Assembly: GCA_004431415.1 (NCBI GenBank)
Contig: QPMI01000600.1
Coordinates: 62,001 to 126,000 of the forward strand
DNA: 64,000 nucleotides
Direction: 5' to 3'
Origin: Cyanophora paradoxa CCMP329
Taxonomy: Eukaryota; Plantae; Glaucophyta
The notes beneath the pieces were generated by a model. It had not been told where the DNA came from. It made no database searches and saw nothing but the letters and a program-made list of their open reading frames with translations. Both the position numbers and the translations under genes were made by a program. Numbering within the stretch: position 1 is the stretch's first letter; every line of letters begins with the position of its first letter. Shown here piece after piece: positions 25,076 through 38,806 of this stretch.

Positions 25076-26662
25076 GCCTCCTTGGAGGCTCAATCCTCCT
25101 CACGGTGCGGATATCGATCGGATGATTCGGATCTCAGAGATTCTCAGTGCATCTGACTGCCAGGCTGCAATGCCGCTGCATCATCTCACCGTACCCTTTT
25201 AATTTCAAGTTTCGGCGAAATTCGAATTCGATTTTTTTGAAGTCGAATTTTGGCGCTCCGATCCGATGATCCGGCCATATGCATGCAGTACTAGCTACCG
25301 GGTACAACCGTACGGTACGAGTCGTACACAGTGACATATGCATGCGCTGCTGAGCATGATGATGCGCATGCGCATTCACGGTCCACCGTCCACGGTACAC
25401 CTGCATGCGCATGCATGCGCAGCTGCATGCGCACATGCAGGCTGCATGCGCAGCGTTGCCCGGCGCGGTGGTCACTAATGACTCACTATACCTTGAAATA
25501 CTTGATTTCCGCGCCACAAATTCCTGTAATTAGACGTATATATACATATATAGAAAGTTTTAGTCGAGACTTAATTTCGACGAAACCCGAAAATCGAGAC
25601 GAAAATATGGTTCGACACGCTGACGACAGGCTGTCGACAGCATCAAATTTTCGTCAGGCCCGCGACTCCGCCATAGACGGAGAATCAAATTCAAGAGAAT
25701 TTCAGTTCAAGAGAATCAAATAGACGGAGAATAGGCCCGCGATTTCAGTTCAAGAGAATCAAATATTCGTCAAAGTGCATGTCTGACGAATAAAGACGAA
25801 ATATTGAAGACGCTGTCGAAGATTCCTACCGTAGTACGTTTACAGTATCGCGTTCTAAACTTGAACTTCAGCGCCGGTCCCGGTAAGCATTTTAAAATTT
25901 AGCGCCCCCAGCCCTGGGCACACTGTGACAGACTGCCGCACAGTGGGCAGCCCCCCCCCCCCCCCCCCCCCCCCTCCCAGTTATAATTAGCTAGAGCCTC
26001 CGGGAAGGACACTGAGAAATCAACTGCAAGAGCTTTATATAGTACTTGCCTGCAAGAGTCTTCAGATTCTAGTTGAGAGAGAATCATTTATATTTCTTAG
26101 CTTCGATCTTTCGGGTAGAGTACCAGTACTACGGCACTTTACTACGCATACTATGATATATAGCTACGGAATGCAACACACACTATTTAACCTGTATACG
26201 TAATGCATATGGATATGAGGATTATATAGTAAGTATGGGTTTAGTAATGTCTAAAGTAACGCCACATGTACTGGCGAAATCAAAGAGATTCAGCTGGACG
26301 CGCACTAGGAAGGAGATCAAGAGCCTTGGAGAGAGAAAAATTTAAAGGACTAGACTGTGCATGTAACGAAATCTGATCGCAGCGATCGCAGCGAAGAAAG
26401 AGGATCATGCGCAGCGATCGTTGGATCGGCGCAGAACTTGAAAAGTCTAGATCTAGATCTGCGACTAATAAACAATCACAATTGCAGCGGAACTAATGAC
26501 TAAACAACGAGCTAGCTGGGCCGAGGGCCCGAGGCCCGGGGGTCGTGTAACAAATAACGAGCGCTAGCCGTTCTATAACGTGCACAGGCAATAGTCTAAC
26601 TGTAACAGGAGATCACTAACGGTGAGCGGACATGTACAGTCTCTGACGGTGAGCGCGTGGCG

Positions 26663-29622
26663 CTAGAGGCCGCTCGCGATCGCGGGGCCCTGAGGCTGCT
26701 GCCCCGGGCAGGGGGTGTCGTCGGCGGGGGCGGGGAGGGAGGCGAGCTCGCGGCAGCCGTCGCCAAAGGGCCAGGCGAGGCCGAGGGCGGGGAGGGCGCG
26801 GGTGAGGGTCGGGCAGCACGAGACCCCCGCCGGCAGCAGGCCCATAACCCGCTCCATCTGCGATCGATATCGCGAGGCGATCGAATCAGAGAGGGGCAGG
26901 GCGCTCCGGAGGGGGGGGGGGGGGGGGGGGGCAGGGCGCGCGCGCCTCGGAGTAGCTGCGGAAAAAGAAGCGCTTCTCCGCCGCCGAGAGCTCCACCACG
27001 TCGTACCCCTCCGTCTTCGGGGGAATCAGGGGCCGGGGCGAGAGGCGAGCGGCGGGGCGGCGGGGCGGGGGCGAGGGGGGGCGGGCCCGGGCGAGGAGGC
27101 CCCGGATGCTCTGCTCGTCCTGCACCCCCAGCTCCATCTGCGGCCCGGCCACGGAAGCCTCAGGGGGGCGGGGGCGGGGCGGGGGCGGGGTGCGGGCCCG
27201 GGCGAAGGTGAGGTGGCGGGCGGGGGCGAGGCGCTCGAAGAAGGCGGCCTCCCGGAAGTCCAGCGCGTCCCCCAGCAGCTGCACCTGAGAGGGGCGACCT
27301 CAGCCGCGACGCGATCCCGGAGGGGCGGCGGCGCCCCGGCCCGCTCGCCTGCATGAAGAAGTAGAGGCCGCAGAGGTCCGTCCCCGCCGCGATCCGCGCG
27401 TGCAGCGCCGGCCCCATCATCCCGCACGGCACCCTGCCGCGCCGTCAGAGATCGCGCCGGGGCGGGGCGGGGCGGGGCGGGGCGGGGCGGGGGCGCCTGG
27501 GGAGGACGAGGGTACGGTTGGCGAGCCGCGCCACCGTCGCCGCCCGCACCAGCGCGTCCACCTGCGCCCCGCGCGCCCCGCCCCTTGTTGGCCCCGGCCG
27601 GCGCTCTCGCCGCCAGTCGCCCGGCGCGCCTGGTTCGCCAGCGTCGCCCCGCCCCCGGGCGGCTTGTACGTCAGGAAGCGCCCTGCGCCCCGCCCCCGCG
27701 GCTCAGCGGAGGGGGTGCCGCGGGGGCGGAGGACGCTCGAGGGGTTCGGCACCGTTCCAGTACTCGGGGGGGTCCACGAACCAGAGCAGCTGGTCCCGCA
27801 GCACGTGCACCTTCTCCTCCCGCACCGCCCTGGGAGGGGGAGGGGGGGGGGGTCCGAGTCAGCGCGGGTTCGTTCGGACGGCTTGACGAGAGGGGGAGGG
27901 GTACCAGTTGGCGTGGACGATGTATGGGACGACGCCGGCGCTCTGCGGGGCCCGCACCCAGAAGTACTCCATTCCTGGGGGGTACGGCGTCGAAAGGAGC
28001 CCCTCCCAGGGACGAGTGTGCTGTACCGGCGGGGAAGTGGAGCGTGTCGAGCAGGTGCACGGAAACGTTGTGCCCCGGGAAGCGGAGCACGCGAGCCGGC
28101 TCGTCGATCTCGGGGCTCTGCGGGCGTGTACATGTGCAGCGGGCCGCGGCTGAGACGGGCGCCGGGGCCAGCGAACGCGGGGGGTACCGCACCAGCTCCC
28201 GCATGAAGCGGTTCAGGGCGCACTGGGGTACGTATTATACGTGAGTTCGGAAAAGGGGGAGCGGGGATACCCGCGCGGCGCCCCGAGAGCACCTGGACCG
28301 TGCAGTGCACCCACCGCTTCCGGGCGGCCTGTACCCCCCCCTCAAGGTTTAAGAAGAGGGATAGTAGTTCCAAGAGGGGTACACCCACCTCGAGGAGGAA
28401 GCGAACGGTGTCCGGATCGCTTCGGGCGTACACGAAGCCCGCGTTCACCTGAGTGACGGGCAGTGAGAAAGAGGGGGGGAGAAGACGGGACGGGGGTACG
28501 GCGCGGGAGGGCGCGCGCCTCCTCGAACGGCTGCCCGGGGATGCGCTTCGTTCCCAGGAAGGCCTCGGTCTGCATCTGCAATACGCGCGGTTCGCGACGT
28601 GTACCCGGAGGTTGGGGGGGGGGGTACGGGGACCTCGGAGGAGAAGGCGCGGCGGGCGAACAGGGGCGTCGGGTCCCGCACGAAGACGACATCCGCGTCC
28701 ACGACGACGACGTCCGTCCCCAGCGCCGCCGCGTTCAGCAGGTACCGCAGCTTCAGGTCCAGCTGCGGGCTACGCGTCGGATGCATAGGGGGGCACGCGC
28801 GCGCGCGCGGGGTGCGGGGCGGGGCGGGGCCCCGGGTGGGGGCGGGCCTGGGTGAGCCAGAGGTAGCCGCGGCCCGCGGAGGGGCGGTCGAGGAAGCAGG
28901 GGACGCCGGCCTCGGCGGCCACGTCGCAGACCGCCTCGTTGGTCGACAGCACGAGCGCCGGCGCCGACACGCCCGCCCGCTCCATCGACACCAGCGCGTT
29001 CGTCAGCTGCGCGTGCGCGAAGGATTTAGAAACTGGATCGAGCCCGGGAACGCGCCCCCGCGCTCGCTCGCACCAGCTTACGCCCTGCGCATGTACGCGC
29101 GGCGCCGGCCGCGCCGATGCCGGTCAGTGCGAGGTGGGGCGGCGCGGGCGCGGAGGGCGGGCTCGGGAGTGTACGCGTACACATCTCGGCGCGATCCGAG
29201 TACTCCATCGTCTGGTGCACAGAGAAGAGGTAAACGAGGGGCCGCCGCATGGGCCCGCCCAGCGCGCGCTCGACCTCCCGGTGCGCGCCGGCCATCGCGG
29301 CCAGCTCCAGCACGTCGTCGAGCGCTTGCGCGAGCCCATCGACGCGCAGATCGTCGGGGAGGGGCGCCTCGGGGCCGCGAACCCACGGCCCGTGGTCCAG
29401 GTGCACGTCGGCGGCGGCGGCCCCCGCGAAGTGCCAGGCGGCGCCGTGCTGAGCCGACGACAAGATACAGAGAGAAGATGTAAGGAAGCAGAGAACGAGG
29501 GCCCTGAGAGCGAGGCCCCGCTGGCATGTGCATCTTGACCGCGGCCAGTACTGGTTCCGCGGCCGACACCTCGCGCGTTGCAAACGCGCGTGCCTCGTTT
29601 CATCGGCTGCAGGTTCCCTCAT
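26663..29622 (-). CDS. Nucleotide-diphospho-sugar transferase (GT77 / PF03407-like), type II membrane, multi-exon
   Basis: N-terminal TM segment LALRALVLCFLTSSLCILSS; KLRYLLNAAALGTDVVVVDADVVFVRDP (DxD motif); NAGFVYARS. Confidence 0.8.
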
Positions 29623-30507
29623 CTTCGCCGCTGCTGGATCGCTCGATGAGCATCCGTCGCGTGGAGTGCGCGTGCCACGCTGGCACCGGTCCAGGCTGCG
29701 GCGCGCACGCGTACGCGTTGGCCCGCGGGCCCGCTGGCATGCGTGGCGACTTAGCTGATGCTCTCTCCCCCTCGAGCTCGCAACCCGCTCGCTGATGTTC
29801 CGAAGTTTGCAGCTTCCTCGCAACCTGGAGCTCTCTTCGAGCCTACCGCCGGCCCCGGCGCCGGGCGGCGCCGCCGCGCCGGCTACCGGTATCGGGGCCG
29901 GGTAGAGTCACTCTGAGTCAGGCGGAAAAAGTGGCGAAAGGAAACGCCTAGCTATAGCCGTCGGACTTGGAGCCGCCGGACTTGGCTGAATTCGGATCGG
30001 AGCCGCCGCCGGCCAGATCCGGAGTCGACGCCCGGAATTCCGAATTGCTGCGGAATTCCACATGCATACGCGAACGCTGCGCCACACGTACCGGTACACG
30101 GCCCGCCATCGGCCGGCCGCGGGCTAGCGCTGCGCATGCGCGCGGGCCGCGCGCGATAATGCGACGCGGCGCCACATGGCCCGCGCCCGCTCTGCGGCCG
30201 GGCTGCTGGCCGTGCCTGACACCGCCGCGCGCTCCCCACCGGCCGGGCCCGAAAGCTACGGGCGCCTCGCGCGGGCGCTTGGTCGATCTCCCTCCCGGCA
30301 TGTCGAAGAGGACCACCGGAAAAGCCAATTCCAATCTGTACAGACAAATCGCAGGCCGTCGACCTACACACTACTAATACTCATCTCTCTCCTCAAATTA
30401 AAAATGCGGCGCCGCGGCGGCCGCCCCCTAACGCAGCGGGGCGGGCCGCCTCCCAGACGAGGGGGGCGCCCTCAGGGGAGCACGGTCGCGACCTGCGCGC
30501 CCGTCGG

Positions 30508-33500
30508 TCAGGGGGCGGCGGGGGGCGGCCCCGCGGGGGTACGCACGTCGTCGACGACCCGGTCGAGGGACGCCGAGACGGCCCTCTCGAGGGCCGCCTC
30601 CTCCCCCTCCCCCTCCCCCTCCCCCTCCGCGGCCGCCGCCGCAGGCGCGGGCGCAGGCGCGGGCGCCGCCTCCTTCGGCTCCTCTGGAGCCTCCGGGGCC
30701 GGGACCGGGGCGGCCGGCGGGGCCGGGGCGGCGGGGCCGCCGGTGCGGGAGCTGCGGGGCCGGGCGGCGGGGGCCGGTGCGGGTGCGGGCTCGCGGGGCG
30801 GGTCGGGGAGCGCGGAGGCAGCGAGCGCCGCGGCGGCCGCCATCTCCTCCGCCAGCCCGGCAACAGCCACCTGCGGGGAGGGCGCGTGAGCGGCGCGCGG
30901 GGGCGGGGGCGAGGGCGGCGGGGCGGCTCGCCTGGAGGCCCTGCTCCCACGCCTCCTCCGACTCCCGGTCCGCCGCCGCCGCCGCCGCCGCGGGGATCGC
31001 CGGCACCGGCGCCGCCGGCTTGGCCTCCGCCGCCGCCGCCGGCTTGGGCTCTTCCGCCGGCTCCGGCGCCGGCTCGGGCGCGGGCGGCGCCGGCTTCTGG
31101 TCGGCGGAGGGGGCGGAAGGGGGCGGGGCGGTGCGGGCCGTCCCGAGCGGCTCGCGCTCCGCAAGGTCCGAGGGGCCCTCCTCGGCCGCGGCCTTCTCCG
31201 CCCCGGGCGCCTCGTCCGCCGACCCCTCCGCCGCCTCCTCCGCCTTGGGTGGCTCCTCCTCCGCGGCCTTGGGCGGCGCCGCCTCCTCCTCCTCCGCCTT
31301 GGGCGGCGCCTCCTCCGCCTTGGGCGCCGCCTCCTCCACCCTTGGTGCCTCATCCTCGACCTTGGGGCCTCCTCCTCGGCGATGGAGGCCGGCTGCGCCG
31401 CCGCCGCCGCCGCCTTCTGGTCGCCCGAGGGCGCCGAGCCGGGCGCCGCCGTCCGCGCCGTCCCCGCCGGCTCCCGCTCGCCGAGGTCCGAGGGCCCCTC
31501 GCCCTTGTCGGCGCCGGCGGTTGTGCCCGGCCGGTCCTCCGCCGCCGCCGCCGCCTCGAGGTTCGCGTCGACGCCGGCGAAGACCGCGCCGACCACCTCC
31601 GCCGCCTCCGGCACCTCCTCCTCCTCCCCCGCAGCCTTCGCCGGCTCCGGCTCCGGCTCCGCCTCCGGCGCCGGCGCCGCCGCCTCCTCCTTCGGCTCCT
31701 CCGGCGCCTCGGCCGGCTTCTCCGCCTCCGCCTCCTCCGCCGCCGCCGGCGCCGCCGCCGCCGCCTCCTCCTCCTTCGCCGGCTCCTCCACCGCCGCAGG
31801 CTCCTCCTTCTCTTCATCGGCGGCGACGGCCGCCGGCGGGGCGGACGCCTCGCCAGCGTCGTCCTCGACGATGTACCCCCCGTCCCCGTCCTCCTGCGGG
31901 CCCGCCGCCGCCGCCGGCTCGGGCTCGGGCTCGGGTTCAACCGGCTTGGCCTCGGGCTCGGGCTCGGGCTCCTTGGCGGCCTCGCCGGGCGGGGCGGAGG
32001 CGAGGAGGGTGCGGGCCGTGCCCTCGGGCTCCCGCTCCGCGGTGTCCGAGGGCCCGGCGCCGGCCTCGGGCGCCGCGGTGGCGGGGGCCTCGTCCTCCGC
32101 CTCGAACGCGGCGTCGGCGGGGCCGGGGGCGGCGCCCTCCTCGGGCTCCTCCTGCTCGTCCCGGGGCTTGGCCGGCGGCCCCGCCCGCACCGACTTGGCG
32201 CTCAGCATCCGAGCCCGCTGCCCCTCGTCGAAGCAGACCACTGCGCCCGCCCCCGCGCCCCGTCGGAACGAGCGCGGGGCGGAGGGCGGGAGGGAGGCGC
32301 CGCGCACCCTCGGGGTCGCCCTCGGACTCGGCCGGCTCGTCGGCGAACATGGCGCGCCGCTGCGGACCCGCCTCCTCGCCCTCCTCCTTCTCCAGGTTCT
32401 CCTGCACCGCCCCCAGCACGTCCCCCATTACCGCCGACGCCGCCGCCTGCCCCGTCGTCAGCGCCGAGCGCGCGTCGGGGCGCCGGGGCCGGCGGACCTC
32501 CTCCTTGGGGGCGGCCTGGGCCTCCTCGTGCCCCCCCGGGGGGGGCGAGGGCGAGGCGCCCTCCTTGAAGTCGTACTTGGCGTACCCGTACTCGCGCTTG
32601 GCGCCCTTGCTGCCCCCCGCGCGCTTCTCGCCGGCCTCGCCCTCCTCGCCCTCGCCCTCGTCGTCGGAGAGGAGCTGCTGGAGGACCGCCTCGCGCTCCC
32701 TCTCCCGCATCTCCCGCTCCGCCCGCGCCTCCTCGTCCTCCGCCTCCACCGCACTCCCCCCGGAGAGCTCCGCCGCCTTCTTCGCGAAGTCCGCCTCCGC
32801 CTGCCCGGGACGGGGCGTCAGGGGCCGCCGCGCGGGAGGGGAGCGGACCCGGCTCGCCTGCTGGAACTTGGGCTCCAGGTCGGGCGCGGGGCTCACGAAG
32901 CTCTGCCGGATCGCCGGCGCCTCCTCCTTCTTCCCCGCCCCCGCCTCCTTCTTCTTCTCCAGCGGCGGCAGCGAGTGCGGCGCCGCCCCCGCGCTCCCCG
33001 GCCGCTTCGCCGCCGCCTTGCCCGGCGGGGCGCCCGCCGGCGCCGCCGGCTTGGCCTCCGGCTCCTTCTTTTTGGTCTCCAGCGGCTTGAGGGTCTTCCG
33101 CTTCGGAGGCGGGTGCGACGTGATCAGGTTCGCCGGCGCCGAGGGCGGCGCCCCCGGCAGCGACTGGCCCTGCGCCGCGTCGGAAGAAGAAGCAAAGGGG
33201 CGGGCGGGCGGGCGAGAAGGGGGGCGGACGGTGGCGGCGCCGTTCCAGGTGCGGGCGAAGACCTCGGGCCCGCCCTCGGGCTCCCCCTCGCCCTCGTGCG
33301 GGCTGTACTGCTGCTGCCCGCCGTACCGCTCGTACATCGACGACGTGCTCGCGCTCAGCCGCGGCGGCTCGTCCCCGTACGGGTACCTGCGCCCCCGCCG
33401 CCCCGCCGCGCCCCGTCAGCCGCGGCCGGCTCCTTCTGCCTTCTTTTGGGCGCGCACAGGCGAATGTTCCTCAGGTAGTGCTCGTTCAGCTTGCGCTCCT

Positions 33501-34532
33501 CCTCCCACTTCTCCGCGCTGTAGAAGGGCTCCTTCGTCTGCAGCCGCCGCAGCAGCGCCTGTAGGGGGCGAGGGCGGCGGCGTCAGCGCCCCTTCTTTCG
33601 GGGGTGCGCGGGCGTGGCGGGGCGGGGCGGGGCGCGCCTGGTTCTCCATCATGATCTTCTGCAGCTCGCGCTTGCGCGCCTCGGTGTTGAGCGACCGCGC
33701 GGGGTAGGCGTGCCCGGGGTAGCTGTGGCGGGGCCGGTCAGGGGGCGGCCGCCGGCTGGCCGGGAGTACCACCTCCTCGCCGCACCTGGACCGCTCGCTG
33801 ACGTAGTTGTCAATGACCGGTACCTGGTGCTTGTTGAGCCTGCGCGAGGAGGGACGTGAGGGACGGCCGGCGAGGGGAGGGCGGGGACGGGCGGGGCGGG
33901 GCGGGGCGGGCGCGGGCGCGTGGGCCGCACCGGATGCCTGGCGCGAACTCGACGTGCGCGTCGTCCTTCACCGGGCTCGACGCGGTCGTCATGATCTTGC
34001 TCATCTTCTCCAAGAGGATGGTGTTCTGGGGCGGCGTCATGGACCGGGGCGCGCCAGCGACGGCGGCGCAACGCTACGAGAGACGCCCGCTCGCACCTCG
34101 CGCTCGATCTGCGCGTAGCGCTCCTCCTGGAGGCGAATCTTCTTGAGGTTGACGCGAGACGCTTGGTATTTCGGCGGCGAGCAGTCCATAGTGATGCGAG
34201 CATTCGTGTGGACCGTGCTCCGCATCGTCCGCAGCTGCCGTGCGACGTCAGCGAGAGCCGGCGCGCGTCCCGGCAGCCCAGGGCAAGTTGCTCCTCTAAC
34301 TGAGAATAGACCCGGAGGGCGGAGGGCGCGCAGGGGGCGCGAACCCGCTCTCTGTGTTCTTCATATATCCGCTGCTGGTGTCGCTGCGCGCCGCGAAAGA
34401 CCCCGAAGTCAGAGCAAGCAGCGTCGACTTCCGTCGTTCGGCGTCGGGCCCGCGCCAAGGGCAAGCCACGCCGCGAACTTTATAGCGTACCTTGTAGCAG
34501 ATCGGGTTGTCGGTAACTATAGCCCGATACAT
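30508..34532 (-). CDS. CFAP97/Hemingway (KIAA1430)-family ciliary protein with long acidic Ala/Glu/Pro tail
   Basis: MYRAIVTDNPIC..HRERLRTMRSTV..DCSPPKY..NLKKIRLQEERYAQIERENTILLEKMSKIM..SLNTEARKRELQKIMMENQALLRRLQTKEPFYSAEKWEEERK; one homopolymer frameshift at about 31365. Confidence 0.8.
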
Positions 34533-35169
34533 GGTTGAAGGCCACTCGCGGCCGAGCGCGTGAGCTAGGCCAAGCTAGCGGCCGCTGGGTGTACGTTTGG
34601 GACGAGAAGAGTTATACTATTCAACTGCGCTCGACTGTGCTCGTGCTCGGCGTCGCGCTGTGAAGGATGTCCTTGGAACTGCCTGTACCCCCTCCGTCCC
34701 TTCTCTTTTTGCGCCTTAAGCTTCGCGCGCGCATTCCGACGGTCCTCAGCGACTCCTCGCGCCTTGCTAACCGCTGCGCATGCCGCCTCGTCGTTAGAGC
34801 TGAGCCAGTGCGTTCAGCCGGGCCCGGCCTGCACCCGCCGCGAGCGCGCGCTTTGAGGCTCTAGCCGCGCAGCGCCGGCTCTCAGCGGTGTCGTTGGAAG
34901 CCGGTCGACATCTAGGGAGCGGCTAGAGCCCCCGCAGCCACCAGACCCCGACTCGAGCTCGAGCTCCGGCCGCGGGATATCGATCGATATCCAGCGCTGG
35001 CTAGCGCTCGCTCTAGGGATCTACATCTAGCGCGGCCGACGTAATCGCTAATTGCATTCCAAAACTCTCTGCTACATGTACAGATGCGAACGCTAGGACC
35101 TTCGGGCGTGGAGCGCGGCGGCCAGTCCGGCGCCTGCGCATTCATGATCATCGATATCGCATGCGCAGA

Positions 35170-38100
35170 TCAAATCCTCGGCCGGCGCCTTGGCCTCGAG
35201 GCCGAGGAGGCGGGCGCGCGCGCACCGACGAGGCCGCAGAGGCCGCCGATAAGGAGCGCCACGCCGACGCTCCCGTCGAAGAAGAGGTGCAGGATCGGGC
35301 CTGGCATGGGGGCCGGCGGCCCGGCGCGCGCGGGGGGGGCGTCGGCGTCAGAGCCAGCCGCGCGCCGCGAAGACGCGCCGAGGAGGGGCGCACCCATCGA
35401 GAAGGAGACGACGAGCTGGGGCACGACAACTGCGCCGCGGCGGGTCAGGAAGCCCGCGCCGCCTCTGATCCCGGCGCCCCGGCCCCGGCCCGGGCCCGGC
35501 GTGCTGCCCGAGGCCTCGGCCGGGGCGCGGGGGCGCACCGAAGATGTTGACGATGCCAAAAAGCATCCCCCGCTCCTGCGCGCGGGCCGGAGCGGAGGGC
35601 GGTTCGAGCCGCGCTCTTGCACCGAGATCTGATCTGGGGGCGCACGTGGGGGCGGGCGAAGGCGCCGACGATGGCGAAGGGGACGGAGACGGCGATGGCC
35701 CACGAGAGACCTGCCAGCGCCGGCGGAGGCCCGCTCGATTCGCACGGGGCCGGGGGAGAGCTCGAGCCGGGCGCCCCGCACCGAGGGTGGCGATGAGGAG
35801 GAGGGCTCCCTCGGGCGTCCGCACGAACGCCGTCCCCAGCAGGCAGAAGCCCATCAGCAGGCTGCCCCCGCCCCGCCGCCCCCGCGCGGCTCGTGCTCAG
35901 CGGCTCGCGATCGGAGCACTGCGGAGCGGAGCGGCGGATTCGAGAGGGGACGGGGTCGGACCTGCCGCCCGCCCAGACCTGCGCGGCGATGAGCGGCCGG
36001 CCTCTTCCCTCCACCGAACGCGGGCCGCAAAACAGCCGGCGCGCACCGCGTAGTAGCCCATCCTGGAGATAAGGGAGGGGAGGAGCATGCTGGCGAAGAC
36101 CGACGCCACGCTGCCGCGCGCATGCGCATGATCGGATCAGCGCGCGGTGGAGGGGCTGGACGACGCGGGCTGCAGCGGGCGGCGAGGGCACCTGTTGGCG
36201 CACATGCCGAGCGAGCCGTGCCGCACGCCGGCCTGCGCGGAGGTCAGGGGCGGGCCAAGGCCCAGGGCAGGCCGGGGCACGTCCAGGGCCCCCCTCACCT
36301 CGAACCGCAGGCGGAGGATCTCCTCGTGGCTGTTCGGGTCCTGCGCGCCCGAGCGAGCGAGCGCGTCAGTCCAACTCGCCGGGCGGGAGAGCTAGGGAGA
36401 GGGGGTGAAGAGGGCTGGCCGCGCACCCCGCGAAAGACCTCGACGCCGGTCCTGCATCCGGCGGGGAGCATCAGCGAAGCAGAGGAATCAAGTGCGGAAC
36501 ATGTGCGAACCACGTCGTGATGTACAGGATCTGCGCGGGGGGGGGCGCGCGCGCGCGCTCGAGCCCGTCAGTGATCGCGAGGGAGGCGCCCGGCCGCGGG
36601 CCCCCGCCCAGCATCGAATTCGAAACTCGCACGTAGCAGAACCATGCGATCCACGTGGTGAACTGCGCGCGACGAAATTCAGCTCATCGTAGGGGGGCGA
36701 GGGAAGAGGGGCGGGGGCGCCTGGACGGCGACGACGCCGAGCATCTCGACGTTCTCGGGGATGCCGGCCAGGCCCCGCCACAGCAGTGCCAGCGCCCCCT
36801 CCTCCTCCCCGGCCCCGCCTGCACGCGCGGCTCGAATCCGGGCGAGGCGCGCATGCGCTCGTCTTCTCCTCGTGGAGGAGGCCGGCGCACCGTGCGCGTG
36901 GGAGTGGGGGAGCTCGTCGGGGGCCGGCGCGCGGTCCTCCCCCGCCGCCGCGAAGGTCGCGGCCGTGGAGAGGAGCACGCACACCACGCCGAGCTGCGAT
37001 CGCGAGGGGTCAGACGGAGGCGCGGGCGCCGGTCGCGATCGCCCCGGAAAACGCTTCCGGACCGCGAAGGAGACGCGGAGGTCGGCGCAGGCCCCGACGC
37101 AGGCCTCCGTCTCGATGGCGACGGGGAGGACCTCCGTCCAGTGGACGTTCCCCGCGAAGAAGCCCAGCGTGTTCCCCAGGCCTGCGCGGCGCGGGTGCAG
37201 GCCCGAGGCCCCGGTGAGATGCGGCCCGGGGCCTGGGCCAAGAGGGCGCACCGAGGGACCACCCGAAGATAGAGTTCGCGACGGAGAGCTGCTGCGGGGC
37301 CAGATCCTGCGCGCGCGCGCGCCACGCCGCGAGACGCTGAGAGGTCAACCGCGGGGACGTCCGGTGGGGGCCCGGGCGGGATCGGACCGCGAGGAGGGCC
37401 CGCGCGGGTCCCTGATCGGCGCGTGAGCGTGCAGGAATGTGTGCGCAGGCGCGCAGATAGCCGCTCGCTCGCGCTCGGGCGGGAGCGGGGCCGGCCGCGA
37501 GGCGGCTGAGGCCTGGGCCGCGGGCTCTGGCCCAGCGGCGGGAGGCCGCCCGGGCCGCCATCGCCCCGAGCTCACCGTGACGGCATTGCAGGCGACGTCC
37601 AGGATCTAGCGCGGGTCGGTCGCGAGCTCGCGATCAGCGGGCTGGAGCGGCGTCGAGCGCGAGCGCGGCCCTGCGCGGGGGACGCACCCAGAGGCCCATG
37701 ATGGCGAAGAGGATGGCCCACGTGCGGTCCGAGTTCGTGTCCCCGAGGGCCGCCCCGGCGTCCGTCGCGCAGGAGATGAGCAGCATCGCCAGCGCTGCGC
37801 GCCCCGCGCTCGATCTCGTCCAGGGACGAGGCGGGGCGCCGCGGCGCGGGTGCGGCGCGGTGCTCGCCTATGAAGAAAGCCCCGGCGACGATGTAGGGAC
37901 GCCTCCGGCCCCACGAGTGCGTCGTGCGGTCTGCGCACACGAGATAAAACGCGGCCTAGCGAACAAGATAGCGGCTGATTCTATCTCGGCGAGTATTGGA
38001 GCCTGCGGATCCGAGCGCGAGCGCGAACCAGAGAGCACGCCAATGACGGGTTGGGCGACGAGTCCTGAACGTTAACGCGAGCGAGCTCACGCGGCTGCAA

Positions 38101-38442
38101 CGAGCTGTAATATAGGCGGCGCTCGCGGACCTGAAACCGGCCCACAGAGCCACACGTATGATACCAGGGCGGGATTCATGTGCAGCTCCAGGAAAAGCGG
38201 CGTGGCGGTGGCCATTTGCAATGCACCTGCGAAGAAGAGAGCGCCAGCGCGCGTCACGTCAGTGATCAGCGCGGACAGGATGCGCGGAGCTTGAGGAGAA
38301 CTTGACGCCGCGTACGCGCACCGCCGAAGGCGACTCCCAGCATGCAGCAGCATAGAAGCAGCAAGTGTGCGATCGAGAGGCGCGGTTTTCGCGCCTGCAG
38401 GAGCAGCGGCTGCGCTGCGAGGTCTCCGCCAAAGCCTCCCAT
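35170..38442 (-). CDS. MFS sugar transporter, SUC/SUT-SLC45 family, multi-exon
   Basis: MGGFGGDLAAQPLLL..LLLLCCCMLGVAFG-ALQMATATP..VWLCGPVSG..QPVIG..DRTTHSWGRRRPYIVAG; LGNTLGFFAG; TWIAWF..YITTWF. Confidence 0.85.
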
Positions 38443-38806
38443 AGCTCGTTCCGCCGCAGGCGGCCGCTGTCGACGTCGCGGGCCTCGATCTCTGCGGCTG
38501 CAGCTGGAGGTTGGCGAGGCCCCGCGCGGGCGAGCGACGGGAGAGGGAGTCGACGATTGAGAGGGGATCCCGGAGAGCTAGAGGGGGCGGAATATTAATC
38601 TGGAGGAGATCGACCTCGCGGGGCTCGAGGGAAAGCTTTAATTTAAAGGGGAGGGTATGGGCGGAGGCGCGCGGGCACCACCATAGCCATGCAGTAGCTC
38701 TATACAGTGCCGCAGTGCAGACGACGCCTGGCCGCCGGCTGCACAGCAGCTCACCCGGGTACAGGTTAAGCAAGCCGACAAAGCAGCGAGCAACTCCCGC
38801 GGCGCG

